64,000 bases of DNA from Candidatus Woesearchaeota archaeon. GTDB taxonomy: Archaea > Nanobdellota > Nanobdellia > Woesearchaeales > UBA119. Under the pieces are notes generated by a model. That model searched no databases. It was not told where the DNA came from and saw only the letters and a list, made by a program, of their open reading frames with translations. The stretch lies in the NCBI GenBank assembly GCA_035363095.1, contig DAOSEK010000003.1:8597-72596 (forward strand), given 5' to 3'. The position numbers and the translations under genes are program-made. Position 1 is the stretch's first letter. Each line of letters opens with the position of its first letter. This document shows positions 10,341-19,600 of this stretch, piece by piece.

Positions 10341-10610
10341 ATGAAAGACCTCAGCCTAAATGCCAAGATTTTTCGTGAATAATCGAGGTTAATCCTTGCA
10401 TGGATCCGTATATTCAAACTTTTGGCTTGAAAAATCAACAACCTCACCCTAAAGGACGAGGTATGTTGGTAATATAAAAGCATGCGCTGTATTCAGCTAG
10501 GTTGTTGATTACAAAAAAGTGTACCGAGTCCTCTTGTTGAAACACGAGGTATGCTTTTCTATTGGCCAAAGTATGCGAATGAACTGGATTTCATGAAATG
10601 AAAACATACC
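10341..10610. repeat. Modular hairpin repeat family, copy 5 (H1-type module + core palindrome + arm)
   Basis: ...tcaacaacctcaccctaaaggacgaggtatgttggtaatataaaagcatgcgctgtattcagctaggttgttgattacaaaaaagtgtaccgagtcctcttgttgaaacacgaggtatgcttttctattggccaaagtatgcgaatgaactggatttcatgaaatgaaaa. Confidence 0.9.
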
Positions 10611-10637
10611 TGATTTAAATTAATGTAAATATACAAA

Positions 10638-13600
10638 GTGTTTGTTCAAATGACTCAGATAAAAAAGCTTGTAATGAATGGTTTTAAGTCCTTCGCGAAA
10701 AGAACAGAGCTTAATTTTGGAAACAATTTTAATGTAATCTTAGGACCAAATGGCTCTGGGAAATCTAATGTTTTAGATGCTATATGCTTTGTTTTAGGTA
10801 GAATGAGTGCTAAGAGTATGAGGGTTGAAAGGGGCTCAAATTTAATCTATAATGGAGGACCTAAGGGCAAAACACTTGAGAAAGCAGAGGTTTCTATTGA
10901 GTTTGATAACTCCAAAAAAGAGTTCCCCTTAGAAGGAGATGTAAAGATTTCAAGAATAATACATCAAAGTGGACAAAGCGATTATAGAATAAATAACAAG
11001 AGAACTACAAGACAAAATGTAATTGATTTACTGAGTGCGGCAAAGATTAATCCTGAGGGGTATAACATAACTTTGCAAGGGGATATTACTAAGTTTATTG
11101 AGATGTCTAGTAATGAGAAACGCCAGATTATAGAGGAGATCTCAGGAATTTCAATATATCAGGAAAAAAAAGCAAAAGCTGAATCTGAACTATCAAAAGT
11201 AGAAGAAAAACTTAAAGAAGCTGATATTATTTTAAATGAGAGAAAAAATTATCTTAAGGACCTTAAAAAAGAAAGGGATCAAGCTTTAAAATACAAGGAA
11301 ATGAAAGATAAGATTGATCAAAATAGAGCTACATATCTAAATATTCAATTAACTAAGAAAAATGTGGAGTTAGAAGAAATTAAATCCAAAGCTACAAAGA
11401 TAAATGTCGAGGTTGAAAAGGCAAATTCTAAGATAGAACAATACAAAAAGAAAATTTCAGATAATAAGAACAAAAGTGAGGAAATTTCAAAACATATTGA
11501 AGAAAAAGGCCAAAAGGAACAGATTGAACTAAATAGAGAGATTGAAGGACTCAAAGTAGATTTTGAGAAGAATAAAATTATTCTTGAAAATCATAAAAGG
11601 GAGAAAGAAAAGCTCTCTGAGAGAAAGATAGCTATTGAAAATGAGATTTCAGATATTGAATCTAAAATATTATTATCACAATCACTTGTAAAGGAAAATG
11701 AATCCATTCTACTAGCTAAGAATAAAGATATAGAATTAATTAAAACAAAGGTTCAAAAAATAAAAAAAGACTATAATCTTGAAAATATTGGCGATATTGA
11801 AAGCTCATTGGAAAAAAATGATAAAGAGATCGAAGAGCTATCAGCAGAAGCAAATTCTTTAAGGGAGATTCAGCAGTCCCTTTTGAGAGAAAAGGATAGA
11901 CTTGCTTTAGAGCTTGAGATGATTTCAAAGGAAGCCGAAAAGATTGAAGGACTTAAAAAAGAACATAAAAAGGAGATTAGTGAACTTGAATCTAAAAAGG
12001 ATGAATTTAAAAAGGCTACTTTACTTTTGAATAATTTATTAAATGATGATTCTAAGATTTCGCTTGAAATTGGAGAGCTTAAAAAGAAGTCGATTTCTTT
12101 AAGAGAAAGACTTGAATCGCTCAAAATAAAAAGCGAGTCAATTAAGCAATCTCAGGCTTTTGATGTTTCGTTAAAGAAGATTCTTGAACTAAAATCTAAA
12201 TACTCAGGGATTTATGGGAAGATTTCAGATCTTGGTACCACACAGGCAAAATACTCTTCAGCCCTTGATGCTACAGCAGGAGGTTCTATGAATTATATTG
12301 TTGTTGATAACGATCAGACAGCAACTATTTGCATTAAATACCTTAAAGAAAATAAACTTGGGAGTGCTGTTTTTATTCCCTTGAATAAGATAAGATATAG
12401 CGATCCTACTCCTGAACAAAAGAAACTATTGGCAACAACTGGAGCAATTGATTTTGCAATAAACCTTGTGAAGTGTGATCCAAAGTTTAGGAATGCTTTC
12501 AAATTTGTCTTTGGCTCAACAATTGTTGTGAATGATATTGATGTTTCTAGAAGGATTGGTATTGGCAAAATAAGAATGGTTACACTTGATGGAGATTTGA
12601 CAGAAACTAGTGGACTTATGAGAGGAGGTTTTAACAAAACTAAAAGGGTTTCAGGATTTAAAAGCGAAGAGTTCTCAAAAGAGATGGAAGAGCTTGAGAT
12701 TAGTGTACAAAAGAGTGATTCCCAGATTTCTAAGCTTGCAAGGGAAAAAGACGAGATAGAATCTAAGATTTCGGAATTAAGAAATAAAAAGGCATCTTTG
12801 GAAGGAGAAATAATTAAGCTTAGTAAAGGTCTTTATCTTGATGAGAATACACTTGATGTGTCTTCAACTAAGGTCGATATTCTTAAAAAGGAATCTGGCA
12901 GAGTTGATAATGAATTATCAAAGATTGTAAGTAAGATAAGTGAGTTAAACAAGAAATTAGCAGGATTAAAGATTGATAAACAAAAGCTAAAAGAAAGTAT
13001 TTCAAAGATGAAAGACCCTGCTAAGGTTGCAGAGCTTACAACATATGAGGAGACCTTAAGAAAGCTTGAAAGGGATATATTTGAAAAGGAACCTATTATA
13101 AAGCTTGAAAAAGATAAAATTGAGTCATATAAAAAGGAAGTTGATGATTCAAAGCAAGCTATTAAAGAACTTGATAAGGAAGATTTAAAGATTACAAAGG
13201 AGATAAATGAACTTTGTAAAAGAATTGAAAACATAAATAAGGAAATTACGCAAAAAGAAGGGAAGGCTGAGAAGTTTTACGTTGAATTTAAAGAACTTTT
13301 TGAAAAGAGAAGTAAGCTTGAAAAGGAAAACCAAGTAATTGATAATGAGATTAATTCTATTTTCTCAGAGTCAAGAACTCTTGAGCAGAAATATAATCTC
13401 TTATCACTTCAGATTGTTCAGGCTGAAGGTGAGAAATCTAATCTGTGTAAACAGCTTGAACCATATGTTAAGGTAGAGCTTATTAAAAATCCTGATGAGG
13501 AACAAATTAAAAAGGAAATTGCACGATTTGAAATGCTTGTAGAGAGTATTGGTACTGTTAATATGAAGGCTTTGGAGATATATGACCTTGCCGAAGGAGA

Positions 13601-14144
13601 GTATAATAAGTTTTTGGATAAAAAGAAAACGCTTGAATCTGAAAGAGAGGAAGTGTTAAAACTTATTAAGAGTCTTGAACATAAAAAGAAGGAAAAGTTC
13701 TTTGATATTTTTGAGAAGACAAATGATAATTTTAAGAAGATGTTTAGTGAGTTATCTACAAAAGATAGCAGTGCCTACCTTGAGCTTGAGAATCCAGAAT
13801 CTCCTTTTGAAGGAGGAATGAATTTGAAGGTTAAGATTAGTGGCAATAGATATCTTGATTTAAGAAGCCTTTCAGGAGGAGAAAAATCATTAACGGCATT
13901 GGCATTTATTTTTTCAGTTCAGGAGTTTGAACCTGCATCATTTTATGTTCTTGATGAGGTTGATTCTGCACTTGATAAAAAGAATAGCGAAAAACTTGCT
14001 CAGCTCATTAAAAAATATTCAAAGCGAGCTCAGTATGTTGTAATCAGCCATAATGATGAGATGATTTCTGAGGGAGATTTGCTATTTGGAGCAAGCATGG
14101 ATAAGGCTACCTTGATTAGTAAGATTATTTCTGTTAGAGTTTAA
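10638..14144 (+). CDS. smc: Chromosome segregation protein SMC
   Basis: N-terminal Walker A GPNGSGKSN, about 1,168 aa with long coiled coils, a hinge, and C-terminal signature LSGGEKSLTALAFIFS plus Walker B VLDEVD. The functional start is probably the Met at 10650 (MTQIKKLVMNGFKSF). Confidence 0.9.
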   Translation: MFVQMTQIKKLVMNGFKSFAKRTELNFGNNFNVILGPNGSGKSNVLDAICFVLGRMSAKSMRVERGSNLIYNGGPKGKTLEKAEVSIEFDNSKKEFPLEGDVKISRIIHQSGQSDYRINNKRTTRQNVIDLLSAAKINPEGYNITLQGDITKFIEMSSNEKRQIIEEISGISIYQEKKAKAESELSKVEEKLKEADIILNERKNYLKDLKKERDQALKYKEMKDKIDQNRATYLNIQLTKKNVELEEIKSKATKINVEVEKANSKIEQYKKKISDNKNKSEEISKHIEEKGQKEQIELNREIEGLKVDFEKNKIILENHKREKEKLSERKIAIENEISDIESKILLSQSLVKENESILLAKNKDIELIKTKVQKIKKDYNLENIGDIESSLEKNDKEIEELSAEANSLREIQQSLLREKDRLALELEMISKEAEKIEGLKKEHKKEISELESKKDEFKKATLLLNNLLNDDSKISLEIGELKKKSISLRERLESLKIKSESIKQSQAFDVSLKKILELKSKYSGIYGKISDLGTTQAKYSSALDATAGGSMNYIVVDNDQTATICIKYLKENKLGSAVFIPLNKIRYSDPTPEQKKLLATTGAIDFAINLVKCDPKFRNAFKFVFGSTIVVNDIDVSRRIGIGKIRMVTLDGDLTETSGLMRGGFNKTKRVSGFKSEEFSKEMEELEISVQKSDSQISKLAREKDEIESKISELRNKKASLEGEIIKLSKGLYLDENTLDVSSTKVDILKKESGRVDNELSKIVSKISELNKKLAGLKIDKQKLKESISKMKDPAKVAELTTYEETLRKLERDIFEKEPIIKLEKDKIESYKKEVDDSKQAIKELDKEDLKITKEINELCKRIENINKEITQKEGKAEKFYVEFKELFEKRSKLEKENQVIDNEINSIFSESRTLEQKYNLLSLQIVQAEGEKSNLCKQLEPYVKVELIKNPDEEQIKKEIARFEMLVESIGTVNMKALEIYDLAEGEYNKFLDKKKTLESEREEVLKLIKSLEHKKKEKFFDIFEKTNDNFKKMFSELSTKDSSAYLELENPESPFEGGMNLKVKISGNRYLDLRSLSGGEKSLTALAFIFSVQEFEPASFYVLDEVDSALDKKNSEKLAQLIKKYSKRAQYVVISHNDEMISEGDLLFGASMDKATLISKIISVRV

Positions 14145-14229
14145 GTTACTTTATATATTGTTTTGGTGATCATAGTTTTATTTTTTTCTTGGCTTTTAGC
14201 AATATGTTTAATAGCTGTAAATAAGAGAA

Positions 14230-14628
14230 ATGAAAAAACTCGGCATAAATGTCTTAGATATCTTTAGGATATTCTAAGTTAAACGTTATGTGAATACTTC
14301 TTTTCTCAAGTTATTCTTTATTACATACCTCAAATGACCAAAGTATGCAAAATGAGCGAGGATTCCATGAAATGAAAAACCTCGGCATAAATGCCGAGGT
14401 ATCTTTAGGATAGTCAAGGTTAATCCTTGCATGAATCCGTCTATTCTGACTTTGGCTTGAAAAATCAACAACCTCGCTCTAAAGGGCGAGGTATGTTGGT
14501 AATATCAAGGCATGTTGGTAATATAAAAGCATCCGCTGTATTAAAGCGAGGTTGTTGATTACAAAAAAGCGTACCGAGTCCTCTTGTTGAAACATGAGAT
14601 ATGCTTTTCTAGTAATCAAGAAAAGAGA
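14230..14628. repeat. Modular hairpin repeat family, copy 6 (longest: extra module + H1 module + core + arm)
   Basis: Contains H1 cctcggcataaatgccgagg (14380-14399), H2 cctcgctctaaagggcgagg (14472-14491), a 13-bp outer palindrome tcaacaacctcgc/gcgaggttgttga, and an internal duplication of gcatgttggtaatat. Confidence 0.9.
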
Positions 14629-14814
14629 TAGAGTAGATAAATAAGAGATCTAACTCAGAGATATAGATAATAGATGTTAAGAGTAAATATAAAGAATATA
14701 TATAGAGAAAATATATAGATAAGACGTATGAAAAATTGATAAGGAAGATTTATACATAGAACTGATATTGATAATTTATATGAGTAAATAGTAAATGAAT
14801 ATAAAGAGTTTGAA

Positions 14815-15975
14815 TTATTGAGTGTTTTCTAGATAAGTGTCCATTAAATCTGATATTGATGTAGTGGTATTCTCCCAACTAAACCTATTGTGTATTAATT
14901 CCATTCCAGCTTTGCCTATTTTTTCTCTAATTTCGGTTTCAAGGGATAGTTTTTTGAGAATTTTGTATAGTTCATAATCAGAATAAGGGTCAAAAAGATA
15001 GCCGTTCTTACCATTTTTTATTATTTCTGAAGCAATGCCTACTTTTGAAGATATTACAGGGATCTGAGAAGCCATTGCTTCTAAAAGCACAAGACCTGTT
15101 GTTTCGGTAAATGATGGCAAAACAAAGATATCCATTGCTTGATAGTAATCTTGTGGATTATCAACTGATCCGACTAGAATTGTATCAGGAAGTTTTGAGA
15201 ATTGTTCTTTTATATCTAAAATACCATCACCTACAATCAAAAGTTTTGGATTTTTGTGTTTTATATCCATTTTTAACCTTCTAAATGCCCTGTATAGAAC
15301 TTTAAGATTTTTTTCTCTTGCTAAACGACCACAAAAACCGATTACTATGCTATTTTTATCAATACCTAGTTTTTGTTTTGCCTCTTCTTTATTGATTGCA
15401 GGATGAAAATTTTTTAGGTTAACCCCAAGGCGTATTGCAACTTTATTTGATTTTACACCAAGACTTGATATTTTTTCTCCTACTTCATTTGAAGGTACCA
15501 TGATTAAATCAACTCGATTTAAGAGAAATCTTTGAATTAATCTAGTTATGAATCTTACAAATCTTTTCTTGATTAAACAACCTTTTATACTTAGTTGGAA
15601 TAGTTCCCAATCAATTGAGTGAACATAGTATAAGAGAGGTTTTTTCATAAGTTTTGAGAGTAAGATTGAACATATTCCTATTGAACCAGATGTGTTTACC
15701 CAGACTAAATCTGCTTTTGAAATGGCTTTTGATATTACTCTGAATTTGAATTTTGGAATACTATAATCTCCTGCTTTTAAATTAGTCAGTGGAATTCTTA
15801 ATGTATGAACATTTTCAAAAATTCTACTTTGCCCAGAAAAATTTGGTGCGATAACTAACACATTGTATTTTTTTGAGAGCATAGGGATTATTTCAAATAA
15901 AAATCTTGATATGCCATCCCATCTTGGAAGGTATGAGTCCGATGCTATTACTATGGTTTTCATTTGAATAAGCAA
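14815..15975 (-). CDS. Glycosyltransferase, GT4 (GT-B fold) family
   Basis: C-terminal EAMASQIPVISSKVGIASEII..GKNGYLF matches the GT4 E-x7-E region. 386 aa. Confidence 0.75.
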   Translation of the reverse strand: MLIQMKTIVIASDSYLPRWDGISRFLFEIIPMLSKKYNVLVIAPNFSGQSRIFENVHTLRIPLTNLKAGDYSIPKFKFRVISKAISKADLVWVNTSGSIGICSILLSKLMKKPLLYYVHSIDWELFQLSIKGCLIKKRFVRFITRLIQRFLLNRVDLIMVPSNEVGEKISSLGVKSNKVAIRLGVNLKNFHPAINKEEAKQKLGIDKNSIVIGFCGRLAREKNLKVLYRAFRRLKMDIKHKNPKLLIVGDGILDIKEQFSKLPDTILVGSVDNPQDYYQAMDIFVLPSFTETTGLVLLEAMASQIPVISSKVGIASEIIKNGKNGYLFDPYSDYELYKILKKLSLETEIREKIGKAGMELIHNRFSWENTTTSISDLMDTYLENTQ

Positions 15976-16057
15976 TATTTGTTAGTTTGTGCAGATTATT
16001 TTGGTTTCTTGTTTTGGTTCCTTGTTTGAGTTTAATGCTTGAGGAAATTTTATGTGT

Positions 16058-16130
16058 TTGTTATATTAGTTTATTGTTTGAGTATACTGTTTGAGTATGT
16101 TGCTTGAGTATGTTGTGAGTGTATTGTCAG
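16058..16130. repeat. Short tandem repeat (about 11-12 bp unit tgtttgagtat(g)) in glycosyltransferase upstream region
   Basis: gtttgagtatactgtttgagtatgttgcttgagtatgttgtgagtgtattg. Confidence 0.7.
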
Positions 16131-16289
16131 ATCATTATTGTAATATCATAATACATATTTCTTGAATTTATTTTTTAATTCTGTTTGTTGCATTTATTAG
16201 TTGATGCTTATGTCTTTTAGTGAATTCTGTTAATTGATAATTAGGTTGCATGAAATTGATGATGAAGTTGCATGAAATTGATGATTGTG

Positions 16290-17048
16290 TTACATGATTT
16301 TGTAAAATTTTTCAGCAAATAAAGTTCCTGTTTTAATCCCGTTAAATAACATTTCCAAATACATTTTTGCAAGTAAAGATATCATTGAGATTTTTTGACT
16401 TTTAAAGCAAGATATTGCCTGAGATTTTTTTCTTATTTGTTTTGAGATATTTATATATATTACAGGATAACTATTTGATTTTAGGTTAAATATGTTCCAA
16501 ACATCAAATGAAAATACATCTGGTTTATAATCATCTCCTAATGAATTGATAATGTCTAAAAGTATTGTAAGTGAGTTACGATGGTCTATATGTACATCAT
16601 CAGGAGCATGTGTAAATATTTTTACAGGTTTGTATTCTCTTAATATCTTTACAAGCTTTGAGAATGTATCTTTTAGTTTGTATTCCAAAAGAAATTTGCC
16701 TTCGGATAAATCAAAAAAAAATAATTCTTTTGCTTTGATTATTTCGTTAGCTTTTAATGATTCATCTCTTCTGGTTTTTATTGTGAATTTTGTTTTTGTC
16801 AAAGGATTTGCTTTTTGACCAGCCGACAAAACAATTACATAAACATCGTATCCTTCTTCGGATAGTTTTGCAAGGCTTCCACCAGCTCCAAGTATTTGGT
16901 CATCTGAATGAGCACAAAAGGCAAAAACATTTCCTTTTGTTTTTGGGATAAGTGAACCTACTTTATTGTTTTGAGAATCTTTCTTGTTTTCGGCCATATT
17001 AGTTTTAGATGTTTGTGACATGATGTTATTCACCTTTAAAGCATACAA
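16290..17048 (-). CDS. PIG-L/LmbE family N-acetylglucosaminyl deacetylase
   Basis: AHSDDQILGAGG (AHPDDE-like zinc motif) and HIDHRN. Confidence 0.7.
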   Translation of the reverse strand: MYALKVNNIMSQTSKTNMAENKKDSQNNKVGSLIPKTKGNVFAFCAHSDDQILGAGGSLAKLSEEGYDVYVIVLSAGQKANPLTKTKFTIKTRRDESLKANEIIKAKELFFFDLSEGKFLLEYKLKDTFSKLVKILREYKPVKIFTHAPDDVHIDHRNSLTILLDIINSLGDDYKPDVFSFDVWNIFNLKSNSYPVIYINISKQIRKKSQAISCFKSQKISMISLLAKMYLEMLFNGIKTGTLFAEKFYKIM

Positions 17049-17408
17049 TTTTTATTTGTTTTGTTTTTAAATATTAAATTATTCCTGTTAATATCTCTTT
17101 TAGGATATGTATTTTTGCATTTTGAATGGATAACTTTGTGAATTTGTTTTTTTAGGTTAAGTTTTGTGTGTTTAGATATAATTTTTGTGTATGAAAGGAT
17201 TATATATTAAGCTATTGAGCATGGTTTTAAACGAATGTTTGAATTTATTGGTTGAAAGTAAATTTTATTGTTTGAAAGCAATTTTTTAAAGTATAACTTT
17301 TAAAGCATGTATTTCAAAGGAGTATGAATAAAATGTTCATTTAAAGAGTTAACCAAAAAGGTATTGATTAACCTTGTTTGTTGGATGTAATTTAGTAGAT
17401 CTTGTTTA

Positions 17409-18368
17409 TTACATAGTATCAAGTATCTCATGAGGGTTTTGTCTTTCTATTAGATTTTTTGAAAGGAAATATTTAGAATATAGATAAGATTTTTCTTCAT
17501 TTTTAACTCGAGCAAGCTTATCTGCAATTATTAAACCATAGGGATAACCTAAAAAAGTGCCATCTAAAGAGTTTGTTGAAAGTCTGGATAGTGCTTCTAA
17601 AGGATTTGATAGGTGATCAATTCTAAAGGAAAAGTTTGATAAAGGATGTAAATAGGCAAAAGAGGTGGTTATTTTTAATGCACTATCTGCAAATGTAGAA
17701 TCTGAAAAAACGTCAAGGCAGACCCAACGTTTGAAATCAAGAGATTTTGAAAATGTCAATATTTCTTCGTTTAAAATGGCACCTGATTGGGATTTTAATT
17801 GAGAATTTTTTGAAAAGCCTATTAGATTTATCTTTTTTTGGTTTGATATATTGATTAGTTGTTTTAATTCTTCTAAATCATATTCTGTTGGACAAAGAGA
17901 GCCATCAAGGACTAAAAGTTCCCCTTGATTCATATTTTGGGCGATATGGATGGCTAGTTTTAATTCAAATATTCTTCTAATTTGGGATATGAATGTTTCT
18001 TTAGGATTGTCCTTTGCAGAAATGATATGTTTATTTTGAAAAAATGGAAGTTCGTTTGATATCTCACATTCTAAAGGTTGTAAGTTTTTAGTTTTGATAA
18101 ATGTTTGAAAAATCTCATGACTTAGTCTTTTTTCATTTTTAAATTTTACATATGCAAATCTAAGAAGATAAAAGGACTGATTGTAAGTTGAGAATATCTC
18201 TTGAATGCCCCCATCTAAAAAATATGCTGAACCTAATGAAGTGGGGCTTATTTCTATAAAATTCTGGATGTTTAGTTCTTTTGGCTTTAGATTCCCACAG
18301 ATTTTTCCATCTATTTTTGTTAGTTGCTTATTTTCTTTTGAAATATTAAAAAATTCCATTTTATTCAT
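17409..18368 (-). CDS. Hypothetical protein; weak resemblance to NurA-type nuclease domain (DGS motifs)
   Basis: FLDGG at about residue 50 and LVLDGSL at about residue 150. No partner HerA is seen, so the call is speculative. Confidence 0.2.
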   Translation of the reverse strand: MNKMEFFNISKENKQLTKIDGKICGNLKPKELNIQNFIEISPTSLGSAYFLDGGIQEIFSTYNQSFYLLRFAYVKFKNEKRLSHEIFQTFIKTKNLQPLECEISNELPFFQNKHIISAKDNPKETFISQIRRIFELKLAIHIAQNMNQGELLVLDGSLCPTEYDLEELKQLINISNQKKINLIGFSKNSQLKSQSGAILNEEILTFSKSLDFKRWVCLDVFSDSTFADSALKITTSFAYLHPLSNFSFRIDHLSNPLEALSRLSTNSLDGTFLGYPYGLIIADKLARVKNEEKSYLYSKYFLSKNLIERQNPHEILDTM

Positions 18369-18439
18369 TGATAATTTAAGACTTTATAAATAATTTTGTG
18401 AAAGATTTATAAATAGATAATCTATTCATCTTTAGACAT

Positions 18440-19600
18440 ATGCACCACATAAAAGCTTTAGGGATATTATTGGTTTTATTACTTTTTTTGCAATCTCTTA
18501 ACGTGTATTCGCAAGAGGAGAGAGTTTTCAAGATAGACTTTGGTGTTTATGATTTATATGATAGAGAGGAAATTAAATCTAATTTTGCGAAGATTACTGC
18601 AAATTTAAAAGAGAATGGTTCTCAACAAGAATTTATGTTTCAGAATAGGAATTCTTCTGAGTTTAATATAAGCTTTTTTCTAAATGAGGGCAAATGGGAT
18701 TTTAAGGTTGAGATTGATGACCTTAGGACACCGGTTCTTGATTACTACATAATACATTCACTTAATGTAGATAAGGATATTACGCAAAATATCTACCTTT
18801 TAAGGGTTGGAAGTATTAAAGGGTTAGTTAAGGATAATTCAGGAAAGCTTGTAAGCAACGCTAAGGTTAAGTTTGAATGCGAAAGGGATAATTTCATTGG
18901 AATTTTAGAAAGTGATCTTTTTGGAACCTTTTCTACAAGGATTGTTCCTGAAGGCAACTGTAAGGTATACGCAACATATGGGGATTCTGTTGGAATTAGT
19001 GAGATTTTTGTAAAACAAGGCAATGCACATGAGGCAATTGTAGTTCTTGATCAAAAAGTTGTTTTTTTTGATATAAATAACATTATTACTATTTTATCAA
19101 TGTCTTTAGCCGGATTTATTCTTCTGATTTTTATTTTTAAGTTCTCTAAATCAAAAGGAAATAATATTCATGAAAAAGATATAAGAACAGATAATCCTGT
19201 TGAAGAGATAGATCCATTAAACAAAGAAGAAAAAAGCGAAGTGGAGATCTCTTCATATGAACCTGAACACAAGGAAAGTATAAAAAATGATCCTATTCAA
19301 GGGAAAAATGAAGATATTGTTGAGATAGATTATTCTTTTAGCGGAGAAAAACATCATCTGTCCAAAAGGAGTCTTGATATTTTAAATAGTCTTTCAAATG
19401 GACAAAAGAAAGTTGTGGAGTTTTTATTAGAGGAAGGAAACCATTCAACACAGGCAAGAATAAGTAGAGTTGGAAAGATTCCAAAATCAACTCTGCATAG
19501 ATATTTAACTGATCTAGAGGAAAAAAGGATCATAACTAAAAAAGAAGATTTTAACCAGAATAAAGTATTTTTAACCGATTATTTCCTTTCTGAGAAGTAA
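18440..19600 (+). CDS. Membrane-anchored transcriptional regulator: signal peptide + extracytoplasmic domain + TM + C-terminal winged-HTH
   Basis: N-terminal ILLVLLLFLQSLNVYS, mid TM ITILSMSLAGFILLIFIF, and C-terminal VVEFLLEEGNHSTQARISRVGKIPKSTLHRYLTDLEEKRII. Confidence 0.5.
   Translation: MHHIKALGILLVLLLFLQSLNVYSQEERVFKIDFGVYDLYDREEIKSNFAKITANLKENGSQQEFMFQNRNSSEFNISFFLNEGKWDFKVEIDDLRTPVLDYYIIHSLNVDKDITQNIYLLRVGSIKGLVKDNSGKLVSNAKVKFECERDNFIGILESDLFGTFSTRIVPEGNCKVYATYGDSVGISEIFVKQGNAHEAIVVLDQKVVFFDINNIITILSMSLAGFILLIFIFKFSKSKGNNIHEKDIRTDNPVEEIDPLNKEEKSEVEISSYEPEHKESIKNDPIQGKNEDIVEIDYSFSGEKHHLSKRSLDILNSLSNGQKKVVEFLLEEGNHSTQARISRVGKIPKSTLHRYLTDLEEKRIITKKEDFNQNKVFLTDYFLSEK

Noticed and set aside
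11345-13234. Several 60-130 aa minus-strand ORFs inside smc (11345-11554, 11740-12124, 12314-12637, 12833-13234)
   Set aside because: They are antisense to a strongly supported 1,168-aa SMC gene. Their S/F/L-rich composition is what antisense frames of a K/E-rich coiled-coil gene produce. Similar antisense artefacts occur within helicase (3590-4042), mutL (41350-41538, 42250-42492), mutS (44408-45220), tfb (47062-47648), and the membrane paralog array (52590-52850, 53025-53225, 53417-53734, 53913-54353).
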